From assembly GCA_024137785.1 (NCBI GenBank), contig JAHRHZ010000002.1, positions 10,829,263-10,893,262 of the forward strand: a stretch of DNA of 64,000 nucleotides, written 5' to 3'. A program made the position numbers and the translations under genes. How positions within the stretch are numbered: the stretch's first letter is position 1; each line of letters opens with the position of its first letter. Below the pieces are notes generated by a model, which was not told the DNA's origin, did no database searches, and saw only the letters and a program-made list of their open reading frames with translations. This DNA is from Ginglymostoma cirratum. Its lineage: Eukaryota. Shown one piece after another: positions 12,600-25,087 of the stretch.

Positions 12600-13800
12600 A
12601 ACAAATCAGGAGCAGATGTGGACCTTTCAGTGCCGTAAAACTACTCTACCATTCAATAAAATCACGACTGTTTTGCTTGTGGCCTCAGCTCAGCCACACT
12701 CTCGACATTCTTCAACTTCCTTGTTAGATAATATCTATTCGACTCTGCCTTGAATGTATTGAATTTGCCCCGCCTTGACCAATCTTTGGGAGAAGACAGT
12801 TTCACAGTGCCATGACCTGCTCTGGAAACAGTTCCAGCTCACTCCATCTTCAATGGGAGACTCCTTACTTTTAAACTGTGCCCTCTAGTTCCAAGGAAAA
12901 TGCAAATAAAGAACTGCAGATCCTGGAAACATGAAACAAGATCAGAAATTGTGGGCAAAACTCTGCAGGTCTGTCGAGACAAAACAGATTTAATGCTTGG
13001 AGTCCATTTGCCCCTTGTGTTAACTGTGTATTTCTGTGACCATACCGCACTTTATGAGTCTGAGAGTCATGGAGATGTACAGCAAGGAAACAAACTTTTC
13101 ATTCCATCTCTTCCATACCGACTAAATATCCTAAATTAATCCAGTCCCATTTGCCAGCATTTCGCCCATATCCCGCTGAACCCTTCCTATTCACGTACCC
13201 ATCCAGATGCCTTTAAAATGTTGTAATTGTACCAGCCTCCACCACTTCTTCCGGCAGCTCATTCCATACATGCACCATCCTCTGAGTGAAAAAAATGCCT
13301 CTTAAGTCGCTTTTATATCTTTCTCCTCTCACCATGAACCTATGCCCTTCGGTTGTGGACTCTCCGACACGGAGGAAAAGACTTTGGCTATTCAAACTAT
13401 TCACCCTCTCCTTGCCTCTATCCATCTATGATTCTATGATTCTCGATGCTGCCAGAACTGTTGATTTTCTCCAGCACTATCTGTTTTTGTCCCCTCGTTA
13501 ACGTCTCTGCCATAAGGGGGCACATTTTCTCAGCATCGCCTTACATGTTCCCTCAGGACGTTGCATATTTCATTAAGTTTTCCTCTCAGTCTTCAAAACT
13601 CCAAAGAATACAGAGACAAGCTGTCAAATATTTCCTCGTAAAATAACCTACCATTCAAGGTATCAGTAAAGTGAAACATTTCTCAAATAACTGCCAACAC
13701 ATTGATATCCTTTCCCAATGAGGACATCAAAATTTTACACAGTCCTCCAGAAGGAGTCGCCCCAATATCCCATACAACCATAGCAAACCATCGCGACATG
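12600..13800 (-). mobile_element. cluster of nested CR1-type LINE 3' fragments
   Basis: ORF 13213..13425 LFLRVGESTTEGHRFMVRGERYKSDLRGIFFTQRMVHVWNELPEEVVEAG is a CR1 ORF2 C-terminus; older similar pieces flank it. Confidence 0.75.
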
Positions 13801-16119
13801 TATGTTCCATTCATTCACCTAATATCATGCTTGTTTAATGACCCTGTACAACATTAATATTTACCTCCACAAAACAAATGCTAGTTGCCTAACAGAAAGA
13901 TAAATAGATGGGCATTTCATCCTCATCCAGTCAGTTTTATTAATTTGTTTACAGGGATCAAAGCCTTTTGAAAGAGGATCTTCAGAAACATATGTATTAG
14001 GTTTCATGAACCATCGATGGTGAAACGTCGAGTGAAGTGTTCTGCTTTCGCTTGACTAGGTCCAGGAGAAATTTGTCTGAACTCATCCGTAGTTCAAACG
14101 TTTGAATTGAAATCCACACTGACCGCAAGAACATTTGTCAGCAACTGATAACAAAATATATTTATACAATAAATAATTAATTAAAAACAAAATAAGCACT
14201 TGCAAAAAAAAAAAATCTTTTATAACTCATATAATGATAATATAATTTTAGTAGTTTCCAGACATGGTTAATTCTGCAAAGGTACGATGCTAATCCAGTA
14301 GTTGGGCCAACGTCTATGTTTCAAGCTGTTGCTGAATCTTTATGCTCAGAAATAGGAATGGCGTAACTGAGCCACCTTGTTGGTTCATCAGTCATATATA
14401 CCAGAGATCAATGCAATAAGTTGGAGATGTGCCTATTTTGAGAGAGAGCTCTAAATAACCTACTTGAATTTATTTACCAACACATCTTTTCGCGAATTAG
14501 TTTGTCTTCGGGGGCTTGGGTTAATGTATATCTGTTGTCTGAACATAAAAGATATAATTGGAGAATAACTTCACTTAATCCAGGTCCAAAAACTATGAAT
14601 GGGACACTTTTGTGTAAAATCTAACTCTGTGCCTTAAGAATTACGGAAACTTAAGGCGACTACGAGATCAATTCAAATTTTGAACTGAAAGAGGAACTGG
14701 CGGGTACGATAATAGCAGAGTAAAGGCATTCTGAAGCCAACTGAAGAGTCTCGAGCCTCTTAAGGGTGATTTTCGATGACGGAAATATTCGATATGATGA
14801 ATTTTGACGGTATCCATGTCTGGAACAACTTTAAAACGAACTGCTTGAAACAGCTTTCGCACCTGAATCCGATGCTCAGCCGACACCAATGAGGTGTGTC
14901 ATTATTCGCAAACTTGTTAATATTTACACGTATAGGGATAGCGAGGAAAGACAAATGAGACTTAGAATAGATTAATTTTCCAGCCCTGATGATATTCTCA
15001 CAATGCTTTACAAAAGCAACTGAGACAGGGATATGGACGAACTGTACGCTTGTAACTTTCGTCTGGAACCGTTCCCTAAATTATCGAGGGTACAAATTAT
15101 AATTCCAAACGTTTAAGACGATAACGCAGAGCGGAGAGAGTAAACTCATTTTATCTTGTGTTTTCGGTAATTGATCAGATGACTGCAGATATTCTCACAG
15201 CTTGCTTGTGGCGTTCTGACGTATTGCGAACCAGCTTTGATTTGATTGTGCCAGAGCATTGCGGTGGTGAATAAGTTCGGCTCGCATCTGTAATACAGAA
15301 GGGCTAATGACGGGCACTGCAGTGAGTACGTGGCGTGTGGTTGCGTGGGTGGGCCTGTCAGACTAATAGCGAGTATGGCAGCAGGAATAGCTCAGGTGGC
15401 CGCCCACCATTTTCCATCCAAAGCGTGAAATCGAGATGATGGCACCGTTGAAAAGTCTCTCCACTTCCACGCTCCATCAAGAGCGCACACGCGGTCAAGC
15501 AATGCATTGTCTTACCTATAACATTTAATTCTTTTTTATGAACTCTTACTCTCTGCTGTTTCAACATAGAGACAACGCAGATTAATTTACCTGTTTCGGG
15601 GTGCAAATTTTTACAAGTTTATGTACAATATTTCCCTCTTAGTGCTGTCGCACGTCCTCTCATTAAACTTACGCAGGTTCCCCCAGAAAGAGAGAACAAT
15701 GCTTTCAATGTATTGCAACGCTGCTGCTCATATTCCTGCTACTTTCGTCTTGCCCTTCCTGTCTGTCAGTTCTATTGAGCAATCCAGCATCATGTAGGGC
15801 ATACCAGTCATGGCGTTGATTACGAGATCGTCCATCACGCCACCCCGTTAGAAAAGCTATTTGTGATGAGCGAAAGTCCATGTAAACGGGAAGATTCTCA
15901 ATTCAGATAAGAGACTAGCCTAAAACTGTCTGTCCCACGTTACAGTACCCGAAGTTTGGACTTAAGACTGGAAAGAATAATGGGGCCTTTTGCGATGTAG
16001 GCCTTTGTGAGGGGTAGATGAATGTTGGCGTGGGTAAAGTGCAAATGGCTTTGGGAGCTGACATTTGCTGAAACGGAGAGCCAGACATTCTTAATCGGAG
16101 TAAAATCTACCAGCCGGTC

Positions 16120-17678
16120 TGTCTAAAAGAGGTACTAAAAGATGTTATTGGTGAAATGGCAAATGCACTAGTAATTATGTACCAAACTTCACTGGACTCC
16201 GGGGTCGTTCCCGGAGGTTGGTAAACAGCCAACGTGATACCACTGTTCAAAAAAGGAATTAGACAAAATGCAGGTAACTATAGTCCAGTTAGCTCAACCT
16301 CGGTAGTGGGGAAAATGATTGAATCTATAATTAAGGAAGAATAGTAAGACATCTGGATGCAAATTCTTCTATTGGGAGCACCCAGCATTGGTTCATGAAG
16401 GATAGGTCATGTTTAACGACTTTGGTGGAATTCTTTGAGCACATTACTTGCATGGTGGACAATGGGGAACATGTGGAAGTAGTGTATCTGGATTTTCAGA
16501 AGGCATTTGACAAGGTGCCACACCAAAGGCTGCTAAATAAGATAAAGATGCACTGTATTAGAGGTAATGTATTGGCATGGATAGAGGATTGGATGACCAT
16601 TAGAAAGCAAAGAGTAGGGGTAAATGGGTGTTTTTCTGGTTGGCGGTCAATGGCTAGTGGTGTGCCTCTGGGATGAGCGTTGGGACCGCAATTATTTACA
16701 ATTTACATGGATGATTTGGAGTTGGGGAGGGAGTGTGGTGTGTCAAAATTTGCAGTTGACACTAAGATGAGTGGTAGAGCAAAGTGTGCAGAAGACACTG
16801 AAAGTCTGCAGAGGTATATGGATAGTCTAAGTGAGTGGGCAAATGTCTGGAAGATAGAGTACAATGTTGACAAGTGTGAAGTCATCCATTTTGGTGGGAA
16901 TAACAGCAAAATGGACGAGGTTTTAAATGTGAAAAAATTGCAGCACGCTGCTGTGCAGAGGGACTAGGGTGTCCTTGTGCATGAATCGCTAAAAGTAGGG
17001 CAGCAGGTGCAGCAGGTAATTAAAAAGGCAAGTGGAATTTTGTCTGTCATTGCTCGAGGGATGGAGTTTAAAAAACAGGGAGGCTAAGCTGCAGCCGTAT
17101 AGGGCGCTGGTTCGGCCACACCTGGAGTACTGTGTGCAGTTTTGGTCTCCTTTCCTGCGAAGGGATAAACCAGCACTGGAGGGGAAGCAGAGGAGATTCA
17201 CTCGGTTGATTCCAGAGTTGAAAGGATTGAATTATGAGGAGAGACTGAGTAGAATGGGATTATATTCATTGGAATTCAGAAAAATGAGTGGAGATCTGAT
17301 AAAAACGTCTCAGATTATGAAGGGAATCGATGAGGTGGCAGCAGAGAGGTTGTTTCCATTAGCAGGTGAAACTAGATCTAGGGGGCATAGCCTCACAACA
17401 AAGGGAAGCAGATGAAGGACTGAGGTCAGGAGGAGCTTCTTCACACAAAGGGTGGTGAATCTGTGGAATTCCCTGTTCAGTGAAGCCGTTGAAGCTACCT
17501 CGCTGAATGTGTTTAAGGCAAGGCTGAATTAATATTTGAACAGTCAAGGAATTAAGGGTCATGATGTGCTGGCGGGTAAGTGGAGCTGAGTCTCAAAGAT
17601 CACCCATGATCTTACTGATGGCGGGGCAGACTCGAGGGGCCGGATGGCCGACTCTTGCTCCGACTTCTTATGTTCTTC
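16120..17678 (+). mobile_element. 5'-truncated CR1-clade LINE (disrupted reverse transcriptase and 3' UTR)
   Basis: RT motifs YLDFQKAFDKVPH, GVPLG*.LGPQLF, KFAVDTK (FADD decayed), LVRPHLEYCVQFWSP; stops and frameshifts; cttatgttctt tail. Confidence 0.92.
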
Positions 17679-18284
17679 TGTCTATTCGACGAACTTACAT
17701 TCTGTTTCCATTCAAAATAGGCAACTGAAACATTGAGTGGCTTCCAGGTGTGTGCGAGGGTACGGTAAGCCTATTGACCATCCGAACATAATTAGTTTAT
17801 GCGTGACTATGATGGTTTCCAGTGCTCTTCGACACAGAGGCTAGATTTCCAAGCTGTATTTTTCACTAGCATAAAATCTCCTCCTGTATGTACTGTGCTA
17901 AGACCTGTCCTTAATTATTAGCCCTGCATGATTCGCCAGTGCTGCCGACGACTGACGACCGGGCATCAAAATCTGGACGTGCACATACTCATCGTAACAC
18001 ACGAAGATTGCCTTCAATCCGCTAAGAGGGTCTTCTTGACTTCCCACTTTCTCTTTCTGATTTGAAAAATATGCTTTGTTCTTTAAAAATATCTTTGCAA
18101 ATATGCATTGTCACAAATGCAGTTCGGTTCAGTACAGTTGCATATCAAGTGAACAAACAAACATTTGAGTTTGACTCTGTGCCAAAAAACAAACAGCATC
18201 TCTTTCACATACAAGACCAAAGTTGCATGCGCTACAGGTCTAGGAGGGTCCGACAACAGAATGGACCCCCATCTACCTTCAGCA

Positions 18285-18415
18285 GAAAGACCTCAGACAG
18301 TGGTCTTTCCCCACCGCCCTTTGGCAGCAGCTATCCCAAGCTTTAGTGCGTCCCTCAGCATGCAGCCCCGAGCTTTGGATTGTTCTAGTCTGCAACACTT
18401 GATCGGGGTCAACTA
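18285..18415 (-). mobile_element. Tx1/L1-type LINE ORF2 C-terminal remnant
   Basis: Minus strand encodes LRDALKLGIAAAKGRWGKTTV*; related pieces at 39398-39500 and 42133-42190. Confidence 0.65.
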
Positions 18416-19521
18416 AAATCGCGATGCCACTACCCTAATTTTACTAAAGGAAGCTGTTCTGGCACATGCACTGTTAGGAGAACGGGGCCACGACCCTCGG
18501 GACCGGAATTCCCCACCGATTAATTTTCCAATATTGACGTTCGGGGAATAAGTTACCACCCACGGTGAGACCTATTCCCGCTCCGTGCTTCTCTCCGAAG
18601 CATAACAGCAGTAAATGCATTCTAGAAATGTCTAGCCTCGCACCTGTTATTATTAGGGTAATGATAAAGAAGCCTTTTTCTCTGGGTTAAAAAATTGCCC
18701 CTCACCCCACCCCCTGACCTGTTTTCGACTATCCCATGAGCAAATTCACTTACCACCGGTGTATCTTTGCCTCAGGACAGACATTGGTTGTGTGGGTACA
18801 GGGGATGAGCATTGATGCCCAGTAAATGCTGAACTCCTCAGCAGACTCTGAATAACCGCTGCCTTCACTCGGGAGAACTGTGAAACAAAACCATTGGAGA
18901 TTGGGACATTGAGAGGCGGGATGACGTCAAGAGATGCAACCATCCAATATGAAGAGTTGGCTTTCTTTGTGTTTTGTCAACGCACGCAATATATTTTATT
19001 TTAATAGACACGTATGGAGGTAACAGACCAAAACAGATTTGTTTTCCACTGTCAATTATTTTTTAACACAGAGCTCCAAGCCATATGGAAGAAATGAATT
19101 GAGTGAAGTGTGAGAACAGTGCCTGGCGTCTCAAATGTTCTCTTGTCACAGCGACATTTAGCTCCCGCTGATCACAGTCCCACCGCCAAGTATTGGGCTC
19201 GTCCAAGAAGGTTATAACAGCGAATACACATGCTTTTCGGTTTCATTTTTGTCCTGCCACACTCTTCCCCCACAACCACTCCCCGACACACACACATGCA
19301 CACACACACACAGATACACGCACACATATACGTACACACCCATAGAATCTCTTAACTCGGAGCAAGAAACAATTCAATTAGTCACATTAGCCCGCGCCTT
19401 TCCAGCTGCCCTTCACATTGGGCCTCTTCCAGTTGCCATGCAGTTTCTTTTTCGAAAACGGCGACCGGGAGCGCCAGTCTCAAGGTCCAGGAACGAGCAA
19501 GTTCGATTATTGACGACTCCT

Positions 19522-19540
19522 CCACCGGAAGGTGGCGCTG
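19522..19540 (+). promoter_or_regulatory. candidate CTCF site
   Basis: CCACCGGAAGGTGGCGCTG resembles the CTCF core; retained as CCACAGGAAGATGGCGCTG at 40611-40629. Confidence 0.4.
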
Positions 19541-19544
19541 TGAT

Positions 19545-19762
19545 TGAGCTGGATGAACACAGCAGGCCAAGCAGCTCCAGAGGAGCAGGAAGGCTGATGT
19601 TTCGGGTCCGGAACCTTCATCAGAAATTCGTCAGAATTCTTCATTTCTGAAGAAGGGTTCCGACCTGAATCGTCAGCTTTCCTGATCCCCTGATGCTCCC
19701 TGGGCTGCTGTGTTCCTCCAGCTCTACACTGTGTAATTTTAACAGTTCTTACTATCTGTGGC
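19545..19762. mobile_element. palindromic Penelope-like insertion specific to unit 1
   Basis: Flanked by a ctgtgat direct repeat (19538-19544, 19764-19770); empty site in unit 2 at ~40627-40640. Confidence 0.75.
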
Positions 19763-20272
19763 ACTGTGATGGTACTGTCATGGATTTTGAGACCCACTGG
19801 GTTCAAGGCTTAGGCTCTGGGATCATGGGCCAACTCCTCCCACGGCATCCGGTGGAATTTACACGCAGTTGGTAAATAAGCAATGTTCAGATGGTTTCCT
19901 AGGCGCTGTGGATCGTGCAGCGATCTTGTCAGTAGTTGTTCTAACACAATTAGTGACACTGTGGGGAAGGAAGTTTGTTATTCCTATCCAGTGTACCATA
20001 CATATGTGGCAAAACCACAGCAATCTGTAACTGCCTGCTGAAATGGCTCTGCAAGGAACTCAGCTCGAGGGCACATGGAGATGCACAGGCAACATCCCAT
20101 GAAAGAACAAACAGAAACAATTCGTAGCCAGCAGCGATGTATCCTTATATTTGCTAATAAGACCGTTATTTTGGGAGATGCGACAAGTAGAGAAAGGAGC
20201 AATGCATTTTAGGACATCTCCAGCTCTCCCTCCATTACTGACACGATATCACAGAGAGTTCCGGAAGCTTAC

Positions 20273-20460
20273 CTCTCACAGTGAGCCGCGTCCCATATCC
20301 GAGGCATGATTTTTCACGGTGCACTAATGCACCCGTCATCGCTCACGTTCAACTCCTTCATTAGAATCGAAGCACCTTGGCCACGTAAACCTGGTCCTTT
20401 AGGGATCTGTGGGCATGGACTCCACTGGTATTGCTGCAGTCATTTGCCATCTATAAGACC
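20273..20460 (-). pseudogene. relic 3' half of a second VJ-type IgSF (NCR3-like) V exon
   Basis: Reverse strand reads SYRW...GASILMKELNVSDDG-(frameshift)-H*CTVK...GYGTRLTVR, then phase-1 donor GAG|GTAAGC. The 5' side is cut by a CR1-type fragment at ~20472. Confidence 0.8.
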
Positions 20461-23400
20461 TTATCAAAAGACAATAAGAAAGACGAACAGGAACAGTCAT
20501 TTAGGTCCCTCAAGCCTGCTCTTCCACTCAGTAGAATTATGATAGATCATACATTCCTCATATCCACTTTCCTGCGTTTTCCCCATGCCTTTGTTTCCCC
20601 TGCCCAGATGAAAATCTATCTATACCAACCTTAAACGTACGCAAGAACTTTGACTCCACATATGTCTCTGTTAAGGGGTTCCAAAGCCATCAGAGCCCTC
20701 TGAGAGAAGAAAATCCCCCTTATCTCAGTCTTGAATTGATGCCCCTTTATTCTGAGGCTACACCCTCTGGTCCTCTGGAGAGCTGTCGGCAGCCCACTGA
20801 GTGGCTGAGCACTAACTGTACTTCCATCTCCGGAATCTTGCAAAATCCATTCCTTTGGAGGATCCCAGGACAATTCCTGATCCCAGTACAATTCCTGAAC
20901 GCCAGATGTGAAAAAGGAAGGAGGACATTTGAGAGTCAGTTGGCCAGAATAAACAGCAGGAAATGTTTGCAACAAACACAACGGCAAAAAGCGAAGTAGG
21001 GCCAAAGCTGAGATCGTAAATTCAAACAGAAGATGATGTAAATTTTCGACAGGTCGAGCAGCATCTGTGAAGGGAGAAATTTCACCATTGATACTCCAAC
21101 CATAGTCTTGTTGAGCGAAGGTAATTTCAACTTTCTGTGTTACATAGGCCGTATCCAACTAGCAACCTATTATTGACCATACCTGTTTCTCCTGGCCATT
21201 TGCCACGGAGCTGTAGAAGTCACACATTTGAATGATGTGGACCTATTTTGATAGCCACCATTTATCACCATGGGAAAAAAGTCAAAATGAAGTGGAATTT
21301 ATGTGCTCTCCCCAATGTTCGGTCAACACTAAAATTTAATGCATTCTCAGTTCCAATCTGCGAATGATGAATTTCGTCCTCATTTTCATCAGAGGTCACG
21401 AATATCAGAACTTAGATATGACAGGCGCCCAGTTCTCAGGGCGAATATTTTGCAGGTGGCAAGCTGAAAGCTCGTCCCATTAACTTGTCGATGCATCAAT
21501 CATTGCAGTTGATTGAAAGTGATTGATTTTTCATATAACTGAAGTATTGTAGAGTGTAGAGACATAAGGTAGAAAGAAACACGAAGTGCCGGAGAAACGC
21601 AACAGGTCTTAGAGCATCTGAGCAGAGAGAAACAGAGTCAACCTTCACGTCAGATGTGACTGTACTTCAGAAATGAAAACCACTGGAAGGTATTGAACAA
21701 TGATTTATGTAGTGTCGCTTGCATTTCACAGTGAGTAATGTAGCAAAATACAGTGAAAAGCTTCAACAGTGCCACAACCTGGCACCATTTTGAATAATTT
21801 AAGCATAAACAGGATAGAAGATACAACTGAAAGAAAATAGAACAATATTAAAAAAGATAAGGTGATATGTAAAAAATAAATAAATAAAACGTGCCTACAG
21901 AACAGTGTCAGGATAGATGATTGAATGGAATATAAACGAAATCACAAAATGACCCAAATCAAATAAGAGGGAAACCGTAGAATGCAAGCTAGAAAGCTAA
22001 CCAATACGATTAAATCTGGAGAGCCGGCGTCAGGGTCACTGGACCCGAAACAGTAATTGATTTCACTCCACCAATGCTGACAGACCAGCTGAGTTTTCCC
22101 AGACGTTTCTGGAATTGTTTCTGAATTGCAGCTTGTGTAGTTCTTTCGGGTTTTTGTTGTTGAATGTGAATTCAGATTTCGACCGACTCTGTAAATATTT
22201 AAAGAAGCAACGAATTAACAAAATGAACACAGCACCGAGAGCAAATGGGAAAGCAGCGTTGACAATCAAAAATGAGGAAATGGCAAATTAATTGAATGTG
22301 GAGGGAGGAATTCAGAAAAATCTCAGTAGTGTTGAAATTCATGGAGTTGCGTTTTGATATAAGCTCGGGTCCAGATGGACTTCGTTCTAGTGTTCTAAAA
22401 GAAATGTCAAATGAAACCGTGGAGCATTGTTTTTAATTTCCAAAAGTCACTCGATTCCAGAATTGTCCTTTTAGATTGGATGATAGTGAATATAACTTCT
22501 TTATGACGGGGAGGGTGTGGGTGGGGTCCAGTGGTGCAGGGGCGAGTGGGAAACTAAAGTCCAATCCGTTTATCATCTGTCATCGAGGAAATGTTTGAAG
22601 TTCTTTTGAAAGAACTTACTCTAGAGAAGACAAATAGAATGGTGTTTTTTTTCAAGGAGAATGTTGCTTAATGATAGGGTGGTTTTGAAAGAAATGCACA
22701 GGCCATTCGTCGGATCGCATCTGGATTACTGTGAAATGTTTTCTTCCCTTTATCTAGAAAAAAATGTTCTAGTGTTGGAGGCAGTACAGCAAAGGATAAC
22801 TAGATTGATCATTTGTATGAAAGGACGGTCTTATCAGATGAAGATTGAGTCTATTTCGTCTGTACTCATTACATTTTAGAACAATGGAGGTCGAACTTCT
22901 TAAAACATCCAAGATTCTTTGAGGTCTTGACAGTGGAGAATCATAGAGATTGCTTCCCCTTGTGACAGTGGACAGGCCCTAACCACGTAATTGCAGAGTT
23001 ATTGAGTAAAGGTATGGAATTGGAGTTGAGGATTATCAGGTCACCCGTGATCTCATTGACTTGATGGACCAAATGACGATTTCTTCTCTCATGTCTTGTC
23101 GTCTTATGTCACGTGATATAAAATGTACAATGACTGTTTATAAGGGATTACGTCTTTGTCGGGAGGCTGTGGAATGTAAATATTTGTACTTATAACTTCA
23201 ATGCTTTGTTATCATGGTTTACTTATTCCTAGAAATCTTTCAAATTTCGTAGACTTTGCAATGTCAAGTTTTCATTGTCAGGGATTTTCAGCAGACAATT
23301 TAAATAAGCCTTAATGTTTAATGAATTTCTGTCTGTCTACTCAAAGACAGCCGCCTAGAATCAGTGATGGTTGAATATTCTGCTAACTGATCACAGAACT

Positions 23401-24182
23401 TGCTGATACCAGTTGGGATCTGGTTTGTTCTCTGGTATCTATCTGGAGATGGAATAAATTGCATTCACATTTTTCTCACAAGGGAGAGATGAATTCAAAA
23501 TAATTATCTACTCCTCGCATGTATTTATATAACCAGTCGCCATGTAAACGCCTTCAGTTAATTATTGAAAGGACTGATAGTTCAGTTAACTAAATCTGTA
23601 CCAAAACATTCGACATGAACAGGAACATGCAGTTTGTTTTTTTTAAATTCTGAAGTTTCTTTTTGCGCATTATGTTCTGTATCATACGTTGTCGAGGTCG
23701 ATAACTGCATCTGTTTTACCGAAGCATAGCATTTTGCACTTTTAAAAAAGAACCATCGTTTGCAGTTGAGTACAGTTTTTGCTGTCGGGATACACAATTG
23801 ACTCTCAAGCGTAGCCTGTCTGATTGAAAGTGAGATATAGATACCTATACAGAAATAAACCCTGATCGAATGGTTATGTGCACATCTCTGCAGTCCTACA
23901 TCATTTTTGCACAAAACTTCTTCAAATATCATTTGAATAAATATCACCTTCTCTGGCTAATTGTCATGCTTTCTTTTGTAAAGTTTTTGAGTACTTAATT
24001 TTCAATAAAGGTGATGTATAAATTTAATTTGTTTTTAACGACTGAAATGACAAGAACACATTTTTTCAATATTATTTCTTCAAATGTCTTTCCAAATTGC
24101 TGCAATAAATTTTAAGATACATGAAACGACAGAAGTTAAACCATACTTAAAACATTCTTGCACAAAAGGCATCAAGAAGTGT

Positions 24183-24865
24183 CACTTCCTGCAGTTTCCT
24201 ACATCTGAAATATTTGTACCGATTCCTTAAAGAGAGAACCATGCATTGATGTGCTTGAAAACGTGACAAAAAAGGCATCTTGTTTCCCACGTTACTTTTC
24301 CTCTTTCGATTTTCTCCCTTTAATCAAATTCAACCCTAATCCTAATTAACCTCATTTTGGAAAACATGCTTTAAGTCATAAAGATCTACAGCACAAAAGC
24401 CTGGCTTGCAGTTTACTGGTTTACGTAATTGGATAGTGGATGTCACATTATGGTTGAAGTCGAGTGACAGTGGGTTTTGTGATCTTAGAACAAAACAAAC
24501 GAGCGTTCCATGTTCCATGTCAGAAGATTCCCTGGCACCCGTGGTTTAAATCAGAGGCAAATCTCCTTGATTTTCTATTCTTTGTTCCGAATTGCCAGGA
24601 ACAGCAAGTTCTCCTGTTCTTTTGTAAATATGTCTGAATTCAATTTCCTTACTCATAGCTGTCAGGAAGTGTAATTTCCAGTTTTATGATCTCGTGCTCT
24701 TTGATGAGTCATTATTTCAGAGCGGTTGCTGATATGAAGCAAATGCGTTGCAAAGACTCAAAGCTCTGAGTTCCCACGAGTGCACATCATTGCATGATTG
24801 TCATCATTGAGTTTCTTTAACTCTATATTTCAGGAGCTGTCATAGACGAATGTACAAAAACCACA
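24183..24865 (+). promoter_or_regulatory. candidate lymphoid promoter elements: ETS (CACTTCCTG 24183-24191; CAGGAAGT 24663-24670) and RUNX (AACCACA 24859-24865)
   Basis: Consensus motif matches 180-860 nt upstream of the ATG; short motifs, no functional data. Confidence 0.4.
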
Positions 24866-25044
24866 AACCAGTGGAAACAGCGGCCAAGCTGCACCCTCGC
24901 TGCACTCGGAGGTGAAAAAAGAAGCTTTGAGTAATATTTTCCATTGTGTCACATGCTGTCGGTGTCATTAAGAGTTGTTATGTTCTGTCACCAGTACTGT
25001 GGACAATTTGCATATAATACCATTCCATTCGCACAGCGGCAAAA

Positions 25045-25087
25045 ATGGCTTCAGGAGCTGTGTTCTGTGTTCTTAGTCTTGGCTTTG
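25045..25087 (+). CDS. NCR3: exon 1 coding part: signal peptide MASGAVFCVLSLGF
   Basis: ATG in strong Kozak context (aaaATGg), hydrophobic leader, phase-1 donor TTG|GTAAGA matching the phase-1 V exon; colinear copy at 47447-47489. Confidence 0.85.

Noticed and set aside
19880-20055. TM exon of the minus-strand relic gene
   Set aside because: A moderately hydrophobic frame exists (LLWFCHICMVHWIGI) but no consistent phase or donor could be fixed.
20631-21158. 175-aa minus-strand ORF
   Set aside because: It is a patchwork across several repeat fragments and is not preserved in unit 2.
21183-21242. Minus-strand 60-nt exon candidate VHIIQMCDFYSSVANGQEKQ (61 nt at 42649-42709)
   Set aside because: Splice signals are present but it is not a leader, the copies differ in frame, and it cannot be joined to the relic V exon.
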